From Candidatus Latescibacterota bacterium (lineage in GTDB: Bacteria; Latescibacterota; UBA2968): 64,000 nucleotides of DNA. Shown here piece after piece: positions 19,547-28,472 of the stretch (positions within the stretch are counted from its first letter, which is position 1; each line of letters starts with the position of its first letter). Under the pieces are notes generated by a model. It ran no database searches. It saw only the letters and a list, made by a program, of their open reading frames with translations, and was not told the DNA's origin. Location of the stretch: assembly GCA_965208125.1 (NCBI GenBank), contig OZ242320.1:3936001-4000000 (forward strand), given 5' to 3'. The translations under genes were made by a program, and so were the position numbers.

Positions 19547-22192
19547 TTACTCTTCCAGTGCAGCGTGGGCGGCTGCGAGACGGGCGATGGGTACGCGGAA
19601 GGGCGAACAGGATACGTAGTCCATGCCGATGTTGTGGCAGAAGTGTACAGAGGACGGATCGCCGCCGTGTTCGCCGCAGATACCCACTTTGAGATCGCCG
19701 CGGGCGTCGCGTCCGTTTTTGGTGCCGAGTTCGACGAGTTGCCCCACGCCGGTCTGGTCGAGGGTCTGGAAGGGATCGTTTTCGAGGATGCCCTTTTCGA
19801 CGTATTCGCCCAGGAATTTGCCGGCGTCATCGCGCGAGTAACCATAGGTCATTTGCGTGAGATCATTGGTGCCAAACGAGAAAAACTCTGCGTGTTCGGC
19901 AATTTCGGCAGCGGTGAGGGCAGCGCGGGGGATTTCGATCATGGTGCCGATGAGATACGCGACGCGCTTGCCAGTTTCGCTTTCCACTGCGCGAGCCACG
20001 CGGTCTGTCATGATTTTGAGTTCGGTAAATTCTTTGACCGTGCCGACGAGTGGTATCATGATTTCGGGAACAGCTTTGGATCCTACATTTGCGGCGGCTT
20101 CGAGGATGGCACGCACCTGCATTTCGTAAATTTCCGGATAGGTGATGCCCAGCCGGCAGCCGCGATGCCCGAGCATGGGATTAAATTCGTTGAGAGATTC
20201 GACCTTGTCCTGAATGACGCGCAACGAGGTATCGAGCCGCCTTGCCATTTCCTCTTGCTGATCGCTCTCGTGTGGGAGAAATTCGTGCAGGGGGGGATCG
20301 AGTAGGCGAATGGTCACGGGCAGTCCTGCCATGGCATTGAAAATGCCTTCAAAGTCGCCGCGCTGGATGGGCAACAGCTTTTCGAGGGCGCGACGGCGGC
20401 CCTGTTCATCATCGGCGAGAATCATTTCGCGCACGATATTGATGCGGTCGCCTTCAAAGAACATGTGTTCCGTGCGACACAGACCAATGCCTTCGGCGCC
20501 AAAGTCGCGCGCAACAGTCGAATCGTGTGGCGTGTCCGCATTGGTGCGCACATTGAGTGTGCGAATCTCGTCGGCCCAGCCCATTAAGGTGGCAAAATCA
20601 CCCGAGAGTTCAGGCTCTTGTGTGGGGACCTGTCCGAGCATGACTTCACCCGTAGAACCATCGATGGAGACCCAGTCGCCGCCTTTGACAACCGTATCGC
20701 CAACGGAGAATTGATTCGCAGTGTAGTCGATGACCAGATCGCCGCAACCGGCCACGCAGCATTTGCCCATGCCGCGAGCAACCACAGCGGCGTGTGAGGT
20801 CATGCCCCCGCGTGCGGTGAGAATGCCCTGCGCGGCGTTCATGCCCCCAATATCTTCGGGCGAGGTTTCAAGGCGTACCAGCAGAACCTGTTCGCCCTGT
20901 TCGGCGGCTTCTTCGGCTTCTTCAGCGAGAAAGACGACCTTTCCCGACGCAGCACCCGGTGAAGCGGGTAATCCCGTAGCCAGTACATTGCGTTCAACTG
21001 AGGGATCGAAAGTGGGGTGCAGGAGTTGGTCGAGTTGTTCGGGTTCCACGCGCTGCACGGCTTCGGTCTGGGTGATCAGTCCTTCTCTGACCATGTCAAC
21101 GGCAATTTTGACGGCGGCAGCGGCTGTGCGTTTGCCATTGCGGGTTTGCAGCATCCAGAGTTTGCTTTGTTGCACGGTAAATTCGATGTCTTGCATGTCT
21201 CGATAGTGTTTTTCGAGTGTTTGGTAGATATCTTCAAGTGTTTGATAGGCTTCGGGAAGTCTGCCCGCCAGGAGATCTACGGGTTCGGGCGTGCGCACGC
21301 CTGCGACCACGTCTTCGCCCTGTGCGTTGGTGAGAAATTCGCCGTAAAATGTGTTTTCACCCGTGGAAGGGTCGCGCGTAAATGCAACGCCTGTGGCGCA
21401 GTCGTCGCCCATGTTGCCATAGACCATGGACTGTACGTTGACGGCTGTTCCCCAGTCGCCGGGGATATTTTCCAGACGCCGATAGGTGATGGCGCGATCT
21501 GCCTGCCAGGAGCCAAATACCGCGCCAATACCGCCCCAGAGTTGCTCGATGGGATCGGTGGGGAAATTTTGTCCCGTGCGTGTTTTGACGATGTCTTTGA
21601 ACATATCGACGAGGGTTTTGAGGTCCTCTACGGTCATGTCGAGGTCGTCTTCGATGCCGCGTTTTTCTTTGACTTCTTCGATGGCGGCTTCAAAGGGGTC
21701 TATTTCGAGGCCCTCAGGAGTCACGCCCATTACCACATCGCCATAGGTTTGGATGAAGCGGCGATAAGAGTCCCATCCAAAACGCGGGTTGTTACTCCTG
21801 GCAATAAGACCTTCTGCGATTTCATCGTTGAGGCCGAGGTTGAGTACGGTTTCCATCATGCCGGGCATGGAGACGCGCGCGCCCGAGCGCACGGAGAGAA
21901 GCAATGGATTTGTCGCATCTCCGAATTTGCCGCCCATAACATTTTCGAGTTTGGCAACGTTGTCCATTACCTGTTTTTCAAGTGCGTCGGGATATTGTTT
22001 GTCGTGATCGTAATAATACGTGCAAACCTCGGTGGTGATGGTAAATCCAGCGGGCACGGGAATGCCGAGGCCCGACATTTCTGCGAGGTTCGCGCCTTTG
22101 CCACCGAGTAAGTTGCGCATTTCTGCAGAGCCTTCGGCTTTGCCATCGCCAAAGAAATAGACATATTTTTCTTCTTGTTTTGCTGTTGCCAT
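19547..22192 (-). CDS. ppdK: Pyruvate, phosphate dikinase
   Basis: LGGKGANLAEM, GGMTSHAAVVARG (phospho-His), SFGTNDLTQ, GICGEHGG. Confidence 0.97.
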   Translation of the reverse strand: MATAKQEEKYVYFFGDGKAEGSAEMRNLLGGKGANLAEMSGLGIPVPAGFTITTEVCTYYYDHDKQYPDALEKQVMDNVAKLENVMGGKFGDATNPLLLSVRSGARVSMPGMMETVLNLGLNDEIAEGLIARSNNPRFGWDSYRRFIQTYGDVVMGVTPEGLEIDPFEAAIEEVKEKRGIEDDLDMTVEDLKTLVDMFKDIVKTRTGQNFPTDPIEQLWGGIGAVFGSWQADRAITYRRLENIPGDWGTAVNVQSMVYGNMGDDCATGVAFTRDPSTGENTFYGEFLTNAQGEDVVAGVRTPEPVDLLAGRLPEAYQTLEDIYQTLEKHYRDMQDIEFTVQQSKLWMLQTRNGKRTAAAAVKIAVDMVREGLITQTEAVQRVEPEQLDQLLHPTFDPSVERNVLATGLPASPGAASGKVVFLAEEAEEAAEQGEQVLLVRLETSPEDIGGMNAAQGILTARGGMTSHAAVVARGMGKCCVAGCGDLVIDYTANQFSVGDTVVKGGDWVSIDGSTGEVMLGQVPTQEPELSGDFATLMGWADEIRTLNVRTNADTPHDSTVARDFGAEGIGLCRTEHMFFEGDRINIVREMILADDEQGRRRALEKLLPIQRGDFEGIFNAMAGLPVTIRLLDPPLHEFLPHESDQQEEMARRLDTSLRVIQDKVESLNEFNPMLGHRGCRLGITYPEIYEMQVRAILEAAANVGSKAVPEIMIPLVGTVKEFTELKIMTDRVARAVESETGKRVAYLIGTMIEIPRAALTAAEIAEHAEFFSFGTNDLTQMTYGYSRDDAGKFLGEYVEKGILENDPFQTLDQTGVGQLVELGTKNGRDARGDLKVGICGEHGGDPSSVHFCHNIGMDYVSCSPFRVPIARLAAAHAALEE

Positions 22193-22341
22193 TGCGTCCT
22201 CCAAAAGGGTTCAAATCGGGGCACGACAGTGTGCCCCCGGGATATTTTCGCAGAAAAAAATATAATAGGGCAAAAAAACGAGCAAGGATTTTGTTTGAAT
22301 TGAGAAGGGAAAGGCGGGGTTGGAGATCGGAGGTGGGCTGA

Positions 22342-23532
22342 CTACTCATTACTGGTGGTGTCAGGCTGTGAGGCGTTAGTGGTATCGGGTTGTGAGGTAT
22401 TGATGGTGTCAGGTTGGAGCGCCTGGAATGATTCAATCGATGATTTTACCTGATTGAACTGGGTATTGCTTTCCCAGCCGAGGATGGTTTGCAAAATGCT
22501 TCGCCGCCCCACGTAAATACGCAAATCAGCGGTAGATCCAAAGCTGAGGGCAATGGGGGTTTGTTTGACGACGACTTCCAAACCAAAGGTGCGAACATTG
22601 CCTTCGTGGACAGCATATCCGTGGACTTCTGACACTTTGCCCTGACCGATAAAACCTTCGCGGTCAGTGAAGAGGTTACTCAATATTTCAACGGGTTGAC
22701 CGGGGCGCACTTTCCAGGCACTGGTTTCGGGCATCCAGGCACCGATGACTGTACCTTCGCCTTCTCCTGCGATGATCATGACAATGGCACCTTGACCGGC
22801 CTGCATGCCCGGATAGAGATCTTGGCGAGCGACTACGCCATTGACTGGCGCGCGCAGGGTGGCGCGTTCGAGGGCTTCGCGCGCGGCTTCGAGATTGTGT
22901 TTTGCCTTGTCCAGAGATGCCTGGGTTTGGCGCATTGCTGCTTCGGCCTGTTGAATTTCGGCAGGCAGGGGGCCGCGTCTCACCAGGTTGAGATTTTCGA
23001 GTTCGACTTTTAAGCTGGCTTCAGCCAGATCGTAATTGGTTTTGGCGCGTTCGTAGTCTTCCTGACTGAAGAGCCGCTGTCCTTCATAGAGAGCCTGGGC
23101 GCGTTTGAGGTCCTGTTGCCGGGCCGTGAGGTTAATGCGCGCTTGCTCAACACGCGATTCGGCTATTTTGATTTCTTCGGGGGTTGGCTGTGCGCGCAGC
23201 AGGGCAAGTCGCGCCTGTGCAGCTTCGAGGTTGGCGATTTCCCGTTTGATTTCTTGTTCCGCGGTTGCTGCAGCCGCTCTCAAATCGCCGTCGTAGAGCC
23301 GGGCGACGGGTTGACCGGCTGTGACGGAGTCGCCGGGTTCTGCGAGGATTTCCTGGATGTCCTGGCTCATGGGCGAGTTGATATATACTTTGTCTCCTGG
23401 TTCTACAATACCTTGAGCCATCACAATATCGTCAATCTGGATCAGTGCAAGGGCGAGTGCAATGGCCCCAATTACACCGAAGACCCAGAGTAGCCATTTG
23501 ACTATTCTGCCTTTTCGGCGACGGCGCATCAT
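22342..23532 (-). CDS. HlyD-family membrane fusion (periplasmic adaptor) protein
   Basis: N-terminal TM, lipoyl halves GDSVTAGQPV and LRAPVNGVV, long coiled coil. Confidence 0.85.
   Translation of the reverse strand: MMRRRRKGRIVKWLLWVFGVIGAIALALALIQIDDIVMAQGIVEPGDKVYINSPMSQDIQEILAEPGDSVTAGQPVARLYDGDLRAAAATAEQEIKREIANLEAAQARLALLRAQPTPEEIKIAESRVEQARINLTARQQDLKRAQALYEGQRLFSQEDYERAKTNYDLAEASLKVELENLNLVRRGPLPAEIQQAEAAMRQTQASLDKAKHNLEAAREALERATLRAPVNGVVARQDLYPGMQAGQGAIVMIIAGEGEGTVIGAWMPETSAWKVRPGQPVEILSNLFTDREGFIGQGKVSEVHGYAVHEGNVRTFGLEVVVKQTPIALSFGSTADLRIYVGRRSILQTILGWESNTQFNQVKSSIESFQALQPDTINTSQPDTTNASQPDTTSNE
22345..22416 (-). repeat. Three 24-nt tandem repeats encoding QPDTxxxS
   Basis: C-terminus reads QPDTINTS QPDTTNAS QPDTTSNE. 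Confidence 0.85.
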
Positions 23533-23553
23533 GGAATTATTTTTTCCTTTTGC

Positions 23554-23581
23554 TTGACAGATTTTGGGAGAATGGTATATT
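23554..23581 (+). promoter_or_regulatory. Sigma70 promoter for tRNA-Lys
   Basis: TTGACA-N16-TATATT with extended -10 TG. Confidence 0.65.
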
Positions 23582-23608
23582 TCACAATTCTATACCAAAA
23601 TCCTGGAT

Positions 23609-23684
23609 GGGCGCGTAGCTCAGGCGGTAGAGCAACGGCCTTTTAAGCCGTGGGTCGCAGGTTCGAATCCTGCCGCGCTCACCA
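23609..23684 (+). tRNA. tRNA-Lys (anticodon UUU)
   Basis: Acceptor stem GGGCGCG/CGCGCTC, D-loop TAGCTCAGGCGGTAGAGC, anticodon arm ACGGC-CTTTTAA-GCCGT, T-loop GTTCGAATC, encoded CCA; 76 nt. Confidence 0.97.
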
Positions 23685-23693
23685 TTAAAAACG

Positions 23694-23726
23694 GCCCTGA
23701 ATCGCAATGATTTCAGGGCTTTTTTT
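23694..23726 (+). terminator. tRNA terminator
   Basis: GCCCTGAA...TTCAGGGC followed by a T tract. Confidence 0.8.
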
Positions 23727-23835
23727 CTGTCCATTGCGAGTAAATATAGTGAACAAATTTATTACATTGTTTTGCAAAGGTCAAGAAAGTTATAAATAAA
23801 ATTTATGATTTGGAACCGCTATATTGCACGGCAAC

Positions 23836-23868
23836 TTGACATCACAATGGGTATTAAATATATTGTGA
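23836..23868 (+). promoter_or_regulatory. cys operon promoter with overlapping inverted repeat
   Basis: TTGACA-N17-TATATT; TCACAAT-N13-ATTGTGA spans the spacer and -10. Confidence 0.65.
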
Positions 23869-23891
23869 ATCAACGAACTCAAGAATAGGAG

Positions 23892-24638
23892 ATGTTTGTG
23901 CTTACTCGCGAAAAACTGAACGCGCAGTCCCTGGATCTTGAAACGGCACCATTGGAAGATATTTTGATCTGGGCTTGGGAGACATTGGGATCGCGCGTGG
24001 CGTTTGGTACTGCTTTTGGTGCCAGCGGCATGGTCTTGCTCGACGTGATGCAAAAGGCCGCGCCACAAATTCCCGTATTTACAATTGACACGGGTTTTCT
24101 GTTTCCCGAGACCCTGAGTTTGATCGACCGCGTGGAGGCGCGCTATGGGATTGAGATTGAGCGGGTGCATTCTCGTTTGAGCATTGAAGAGCAAGCGCGC
24201 GATTACGGTGCCGAACTCTACAAGCGGGATGCCGACCGGTGTTGCTGGTTGCGAAAAGTCGAGCCTTTGCAGCGCAAGTTATCCCAGTTGAATGGCTGGA
24301 TTAACAGCCGCAGGCGAGATCAGAGCGATACCCGCAGCCAAATTCCTATTCTGGAATATTATGAAACAGATGGGCGCGCGTTGCTCAAATTGAATCCCAT
24401 GGCTCCGTGGACGCGCAAACAGGTCTGGGATTATATTGTCGAACACGATGTGCCCTATAATCCCTTGATGGATCAGGGCTTTGCCACGATAGGATGCTGG
24501 CCCTGCACGAAAGCTGTAGATGCAGATGCAGACGAACGCGCCGGTCGTTGGGCAGGTTCGGATAAGACAGAGTGCGGTATTCACACCTTTTTACAGCCTA
24601 TTGATGCAGCGGCTAATGCCGTGCCTGTTGAATCTTGA
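23892..24638 (+). CDS. cysH: APS/PAPS reductase, Fe-S (APS) type
   Basis: DTGFLFPET, CCWLRKVEPL and GCWPCT cluster ligands, ERAGRW, TECGIH. Confidence 0.93.
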   Translation: MFVLTREKLNAQSLDLETAPLEDILIWAWETLGSRVAFGTAFGASGMVLLDVMQKAAPQIPVFTIDTGFLFPETLSLIDRVEARYGIEIERVHSRLSIEEQARDYGAELYKRDADRCCWLRKVEPLQRKLSQLNGWINSRRRDQSDTRSQIPILEYYETDGRALLKLNPMAPWTRKQVWDYIVEHDVPYNPLMDQGFATIGCWPCTKAVDADADERAGRWAGSDKTECGIHTFLQPIDAAANAVPVES

Positions 24639-24743
24639 CTTAGAAGGTCAAGAATAGTATTATTGCTTTTAATCGCGGCCCTCTCGTGGGGTCGTTTTTG
24701 GTTTATGGGAATGGGTGGACCGGTACCCTGAGAGGAAATCACC

Positions 24744-24968
24744 ATGTCCAATATCATGTCTGAAATCATTTTTGAAGTCAGCGAGGATGAAGTCGATGGT
24801 GGATACTCCGCCAGTGCGCTGGGATATGGCATCCATACCGAGGGCGAAACGCTTGAAGAACTTCGGCAGAATGTCAGAGAAGCCGTAGAGTGCTACTTTG
24901 ACGAAACGATGAAACGCCCTGGGTTGATTCGTCTGAATTTTATTTTTCACAAAGTCTTTGCACTATGA
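24744..24968 (+). CDS. Short HicB-like antitoxin-fold protein, no HicA partner
   Basis: DGGYSASALGYGIHTEGETLEELRQNVREAVECYF. Confidence 0.75.
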   Translation: MSNIMSEIIFEVSEDEVDGGYSASALGYGIHTEGETLEELRQNVREAVECYFDETMKRPGLIRLNFIFHKVFAL

Positions 24969-25894
24969 AAAAGCGTTCTCGCATCCGACATTCGGTTCTC
25001 GATGCGATAGGTAATACGCCGCTGTTGCGTATCCGGGAATTGGGGGATAAGATCGAGCCAGGGGTTGAAATCTGGGCGAAGTTGGAGATGTTTAACCCGG
25101 GTGGGTCGGTCAAAGATCGCCCCGCTTTGCAGATGATTGAAGATGCCGAAAAAGCGGGTGTGCTCACACCGGAGAAAGTGATTTTGGATTCGACTTCGGG
25201 CAATACGGGTATTGCGTATGCCATGATCGGTGCGGCAAAGGGTTATCGCGTCGAGTTGGTCATGCCCGAGAGCGTGAGCATTGAGCGGCGATACGTCATC
25301 CAGTCTTATGGATCTGATCTGGTGTTGAGCGATCCCCTTGAAGGCTCAGATGGTGCGATTTTGAAATGCCGGGAAATGCTGGCTGCAAACCCCGATTTGT
25401 ATTACAAACCCGATCAGTACAATAACCCATCCAATTCCAGGGCGCATTATTTGCACACGGCACCGGAAATTTGGTCGCAGACACGGGGCAGGGTGACGCA
25501 TTTTGTGGCGACGTTGGGCACGAGTGGTACTGTAATGGGTACTGGCAGAGGTCTGAAGGCATTTAATCCCGATGTGCAGATTATTGCCGTTGAGCCACCC
25601 GAATTTCACGGGATTGAGGGCCTGAAAAATATGGATGTGTCCATTGTGCCCGGTATTTACGATCCGTCGGTGTGGGACCAAAAGATTCGGATTGAAACGG
25701 AAGATGCGTATGATATTGCGCGATGGTTGACGCGAGATATGGGTTTGCTGGTGGGACAGTCTTGTGGTGCGGCGATGGCCGCTGCTCTAAAAGTTGCCGA
25801 GACTCTGGATGAAGGGGTCATTGTCACTTTGTTTCCCGATAGTGGTGAAAAATACATGAGTACGCCTCTGTGGCGGCTCGATCCCGTGGGGTAG
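24965..25894 (+). CDS. cysM: PLP-dependent cysteine synthase, CysM-like
   Basis: IGNTPL, NPGGSVKDR, TSGNTG, GTSGT; adjacent to mec and cysO. Confidence 0.85.
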   Translation: MKKRSRIRHSVLDAIGNTPLLRIRELGDKIEPGVEIWAKLEMFNPGGSVKDRPALQMIEDAEKAGVLTPEKVILDSTSGNTGIAYAMIGAAKGYRVELVMPESVSIERRYVIQSYGSDLVLSDPLEGSDGAILKCREMLAANPDLYYKPDQYNNPSNSRAHYLHTAPEIWSQTRGRVTHFVATLGTSGTVMGTGRGLKAFNPDVQIIAVEPPEFHGIEGLKNMDVSIVPGIYDPSVWDQKIRIETEDAYDIARWLTRDMGLLVGQSCGAAMAAALKVAETLDEGVIVTLFPDSGEKYMSTPLWRLDPVG

Positions 25895-25896
25895 AG

Positions 25897-26352
25897 ATGT
25901 TTGACAAAGCGATTTGGGACGCCATGTTTGTCCACGCACAGCGGGAGTACCCGGCTGAGTGTTGCGGCATTGTGACCGAAGATGCTTCGGGGGTTCAGAC
26001 GATTCATCCGTGTGAGAATATCCAGGACAAATTGCACGCTGCCGATCCCGAAACCCATCCTCGCACTTCCAGGACAGCCTATCGCATGAACGATATGCAT
26101 GTGATGAAAATTCAATCGGAGGCGGAACAAGCGGGTGGGCGGATTGTCGCGATCTATCATTCGCATATTGACGTAGATGCTTATTTTTCTCAAGAGGATC
26201 AAGATGCGGCGACATTTTTTAATGAACCAGCCTATCCGGGCGTGGTTTATCCCATTATTCCAGTAAAAAATGCCCGGGTGGATGTCGGCGGAGAAAAAGT
26301 TTTTCAATGGCGTGATTCATCGTCAAAATTTGAGGAAGTGGAGATTAAGTAA
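25897..26352 (+). CDS. mec: JAB/JAMM (M67) metallopeptidase, Mec-like
   Basis: YPAECCG...YHSHIDVDAYFSQED (E...HxH-x7-S-x2-D). Confidence 0.88.
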   Translation: MFDKAIWDAMFVHAQREYPAECCGIVTEDASGVQTIHPCENIQDKLHAADPETHPRTSRTAYRMNDMHVMKIQSEAEQAGGRIVAIYHSHIDVDAYFSQEDQDAATFFNEPAYPGVVYPIIPVKNARVDVGGEKVFQWRDSSSKFEEVEIK

Positions 26353-26374
26353 GAAATAAAAAAGGAGGTAACAA

Positions 26375-26659
26375 ATGGCTGTAACAGTTCGTATTCCAAC
26401 GCCTTTGCGCAAGTTTACAGGTGATCAATCCGATGTAGAAGTGCAGGGCGCGACGGTTGGGGAAGCTATCGACAATCTCGAAGCACAGCATGCGGGCATT
26501 AAGGAACACATGGTCGATGAGTCGGGCGCTATTCGACGCTTTGTCAATGTGTATGTCAACGAAGAGGATATTCGCTTTCTGGATGGACCCGATACGGACC
26601 TCAGAGATGGCGACCAGGTGACCATTGTACCTGCGATTGCCGGTGGGTGTTCCTTTTAA
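26375..26659 (+). CDS. cysO: Ubiquitin-like sulfur carrier (CysO/MoaD/ThiS) with C-terminal GG-CSF
   Basis: VRIPTPLR, RRFVNVYVNEEDIRFL, IVPAIAGG followed by CSF and stop. Confidence 0.85.
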   Translation: MAVTVRIPTPLRKFTGDQSDVEVQGATVGEAIDNLEAQHAGIKEHMVDESGAIRRFVNVYVNEEDIRFLDGPDTDLRDGDQVTIVPAIAGGCSF

Positions 26660-26675
26660 TCGGTATATCTGACTT

Positions 26676-27107
26676 ATGATGCACATTTCCGCTAAAGGTG
26701 ACTACGGTTTGCGCGCGGTCTTAGACCTGTGTCTGCACGATGGGGAAGGGCCAATTTTGCGCACAGATATCGCTGCGCGACAACACATCCCCGAAGCGTA
26801 TTTGGTACAGTTGCTCAATCTTTTGCGAAAAGCCGGTTTGGTGCATAGCATTCGCGGTCCCAAAGGCGGACATGTATTGTTGAAACGTCCGGATGAACTG
26901 ACCGTGGAAGAGGTGTTGGCTGCTCTGGAAGGACCTGTCAATTTGGTGGATAAGCGCGAGAAGGCTGAGGATGCGGGAACAGATGTGCTCAATGAAGTGT
27001 GGGAAGCTGTGGGGACCGCTGTACACGATGTCCTGTCATCGGTGACATTTGACGATTTGTGTCGAAAGTATCGGGCGCGTCAGATGCCTGTCACATTCCG
27101 GATTTGA
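26676..27107 (+). CDS. Rrf2-family regulator, CymR-like (no Fe-S cysteine triad)
   Basis: SAKGDYGLRA, YLVQLLNLLRKAGLVHSIRGPKGG; located inside the cys cluster. Confidence 0.85.
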   Translation: MMHISAKGDYGLRAVLDLCLHDGEGPILRTDIAARQHIPEAYLVQLLNLLRKAGLVHSIRGPKGGHVLLKRPDELTVEEVLAALEGPVNLVDKREKAEDAGTDVLNEVWEAVGTAVHDVLSSVTFDDLCRKYRARQMPVTFRI

Positions 27108-27109
27108 TT

Positions 27110-28030
27110 ATGGATGGCGCGAAAACCGGACATACGATTCTGGATCTGGTGGGCAATACGCCTATGGTACAGCTAAACTCGGTGGGGCCTGCAAATGGTG
27201 CTCAGCTTTGGGCGAAATTGGAATTTTTTAACCCGGCAGGCAGCGTAAAAGATCGCACGGCTCTCGCTATGGTTGAGGCTGCGGAGAAAAATGGGCAACT
27301 CAAACCTGGTATGACCATTGTGGAACCGACCAGTGGCAATACGGGTATTGGCCTTGCCATGGTGGCTGCAATAAAAAATTATCGGCTGATTATTACTATG
27401 CCGGAAGGCGTCAGCGACGAGCGCACCCGATTGCTCAAAGCTTATGGCGCCGAGGTTGTGCTAACGCCCGCCCGCGAGGGGATGCGCGGAGCGATTGAAA
27501 AAGCGTGGACGCTTAAGGATACAAACTGTTTTATTCCGATGCAGTTTGAAAATCCCGCCAATCCCGAGATTCATCGGCAGACTACCGCCCGAGAGATGAT
27601 TTCACAACTGGAGGGTGTTCCCGATGCTTTTGTCGCAGGTGTGGGAACGGGGGGGACTGTGACCGGTGTGGGCGAGGTCTTTAAGCAGGTGCGACCAGAT
27701 GTCGTGATCGTCGGGGTAGAGCCAAGGGATTCTGCGGTGTTATCGGGTGGAGAGCCTGGTCCTACTGAGATCGATGGCCTGGGCGCAGGCATGATTCCAG
27801 ATGTGCTGAATACGGAAATACTGGATCGCGTGATTGCCGTATCCAATTCGGATGCGCGCAAGATGTCAAAGCGGTTGGCGCGCGAAGAGGGCTTGCTGGT
27901 GGGGATTTCGTCGGGTGCAGCAGCACACGCAGCCGTTGTTGTCGCTTCAGCGATGAGACCTCAACAGACGGTCGCAACGGTATTGTGCGATACCGGTGAA
28001 CGCTATTTGGGTACGTTTTTGTTTGGGTGA
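27110..28030 (+). CDS. cysK: Cysteine synthase A
   Basis: VGNTPMV, NPAGSVKDR, EPTSGNTG, GVGTGGT, DTGERYL. Confidence 0.9.
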   Translation: MDGAKTGHTILDLVGNTPMVQLNSVGPANGAQLWAKLEFFNPAGSVKDRTALAMVEAAEKNGQLKPGMTIVEPTSGNTGIGLAMVAAIKNYRLIITMPEGVSDERTRLLKAYGAEVVLTPAREGMRGAIEKAWTLKDTNCFIPMQFENPANPEIHRQTTAREMISQLEGVPDAFVAGVGTGGTVTGVGEVFKQVRPDVVIVGVEPRDSAVLSGGEPGPTEIDGLGAGMIPDVLNTEILDRVIAVSNSDARKMSKRLAREEGLLVGISSGAAAHAAVVVASAMRPQQTVATVLCDTGERYLGTFLFG

Positions 28031-28044
28031 TGTACGCGATTGTG

Positions 28045-28092
28045 AAAAAGAAAGACCCGGCATCTTTTTGAGATTGCCGGGTCTTTCTTTTT
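28045..28092. terminator. Bidirectional terminator between cysK and rpsT
   Basis: AAAAAGAAAGACCCGGCA...TGCCGGGTCTTTCTTTTT. Confidence 0.85.
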
Positions 28093-28101
28093 GTAAATAT
28101 T

Positions 28102-28359
28102 TTACGATTCAAGATCAGCGACGTGGCGCCGTACTCTCGATTTGTAGCGGGCGGCTGCATTGCGGTGGATAACGCCTTTTTGGGCTGTTTTATCAATTAT
28201 GGACTGCGTGCGATTGATCAGTGCTTCTGCTTCTTCTTTGCTATTTGTCTCCAGCATTTTTTTTAGAGAAGTACGCAAAGACGAGCGCGTACCCTTGTTG
28301 CGGAGCCTGGCTCTTTCAGCTTGGCGCATGCGTTTTTTTGAAGATGCCAATTTGGGCAA
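28102..28359 (-). CDS. rpsT: 30S ribosomal protein S20
   Basis: TTG start after AAGGAGGTGA; SSKKRMRQAERARLRN...KGVIHRNAAARYKSR. Confidence 0.95.
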   Translation of the reverse strand: MPKLASSKKRMRQAERARLRNKGTRSSLRTSLKKMLETNSKEEAEALINRTQSIIDKTAQKGVIHRNAAARYKSRVRRHVADLES

Positions 28360-28472
28360 GGGATTCACCTCCTTAGGGTATTTCCGGAAATTTGAAGCAC
28401 AAAATTTAACCATTTACAGCTATTTGCACAACCCATTTTTCATTTTCTTGTTTTTTTTTACTTCTGTCTTAT

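Noticed and set aside
19565-22111. Long plus-strand ORFs (246 and 364 aa)
   Set aside because: Antisense to ppdK with no recognisable motifs; the same applies to most other overlapping ORFs in the track.
23609-23800. tRNA-Lys as the attachment site of an integrated element
   Set aside because: No integrase and no duplicated tRNA 3' end were seen; the downstream genes are metabolic.
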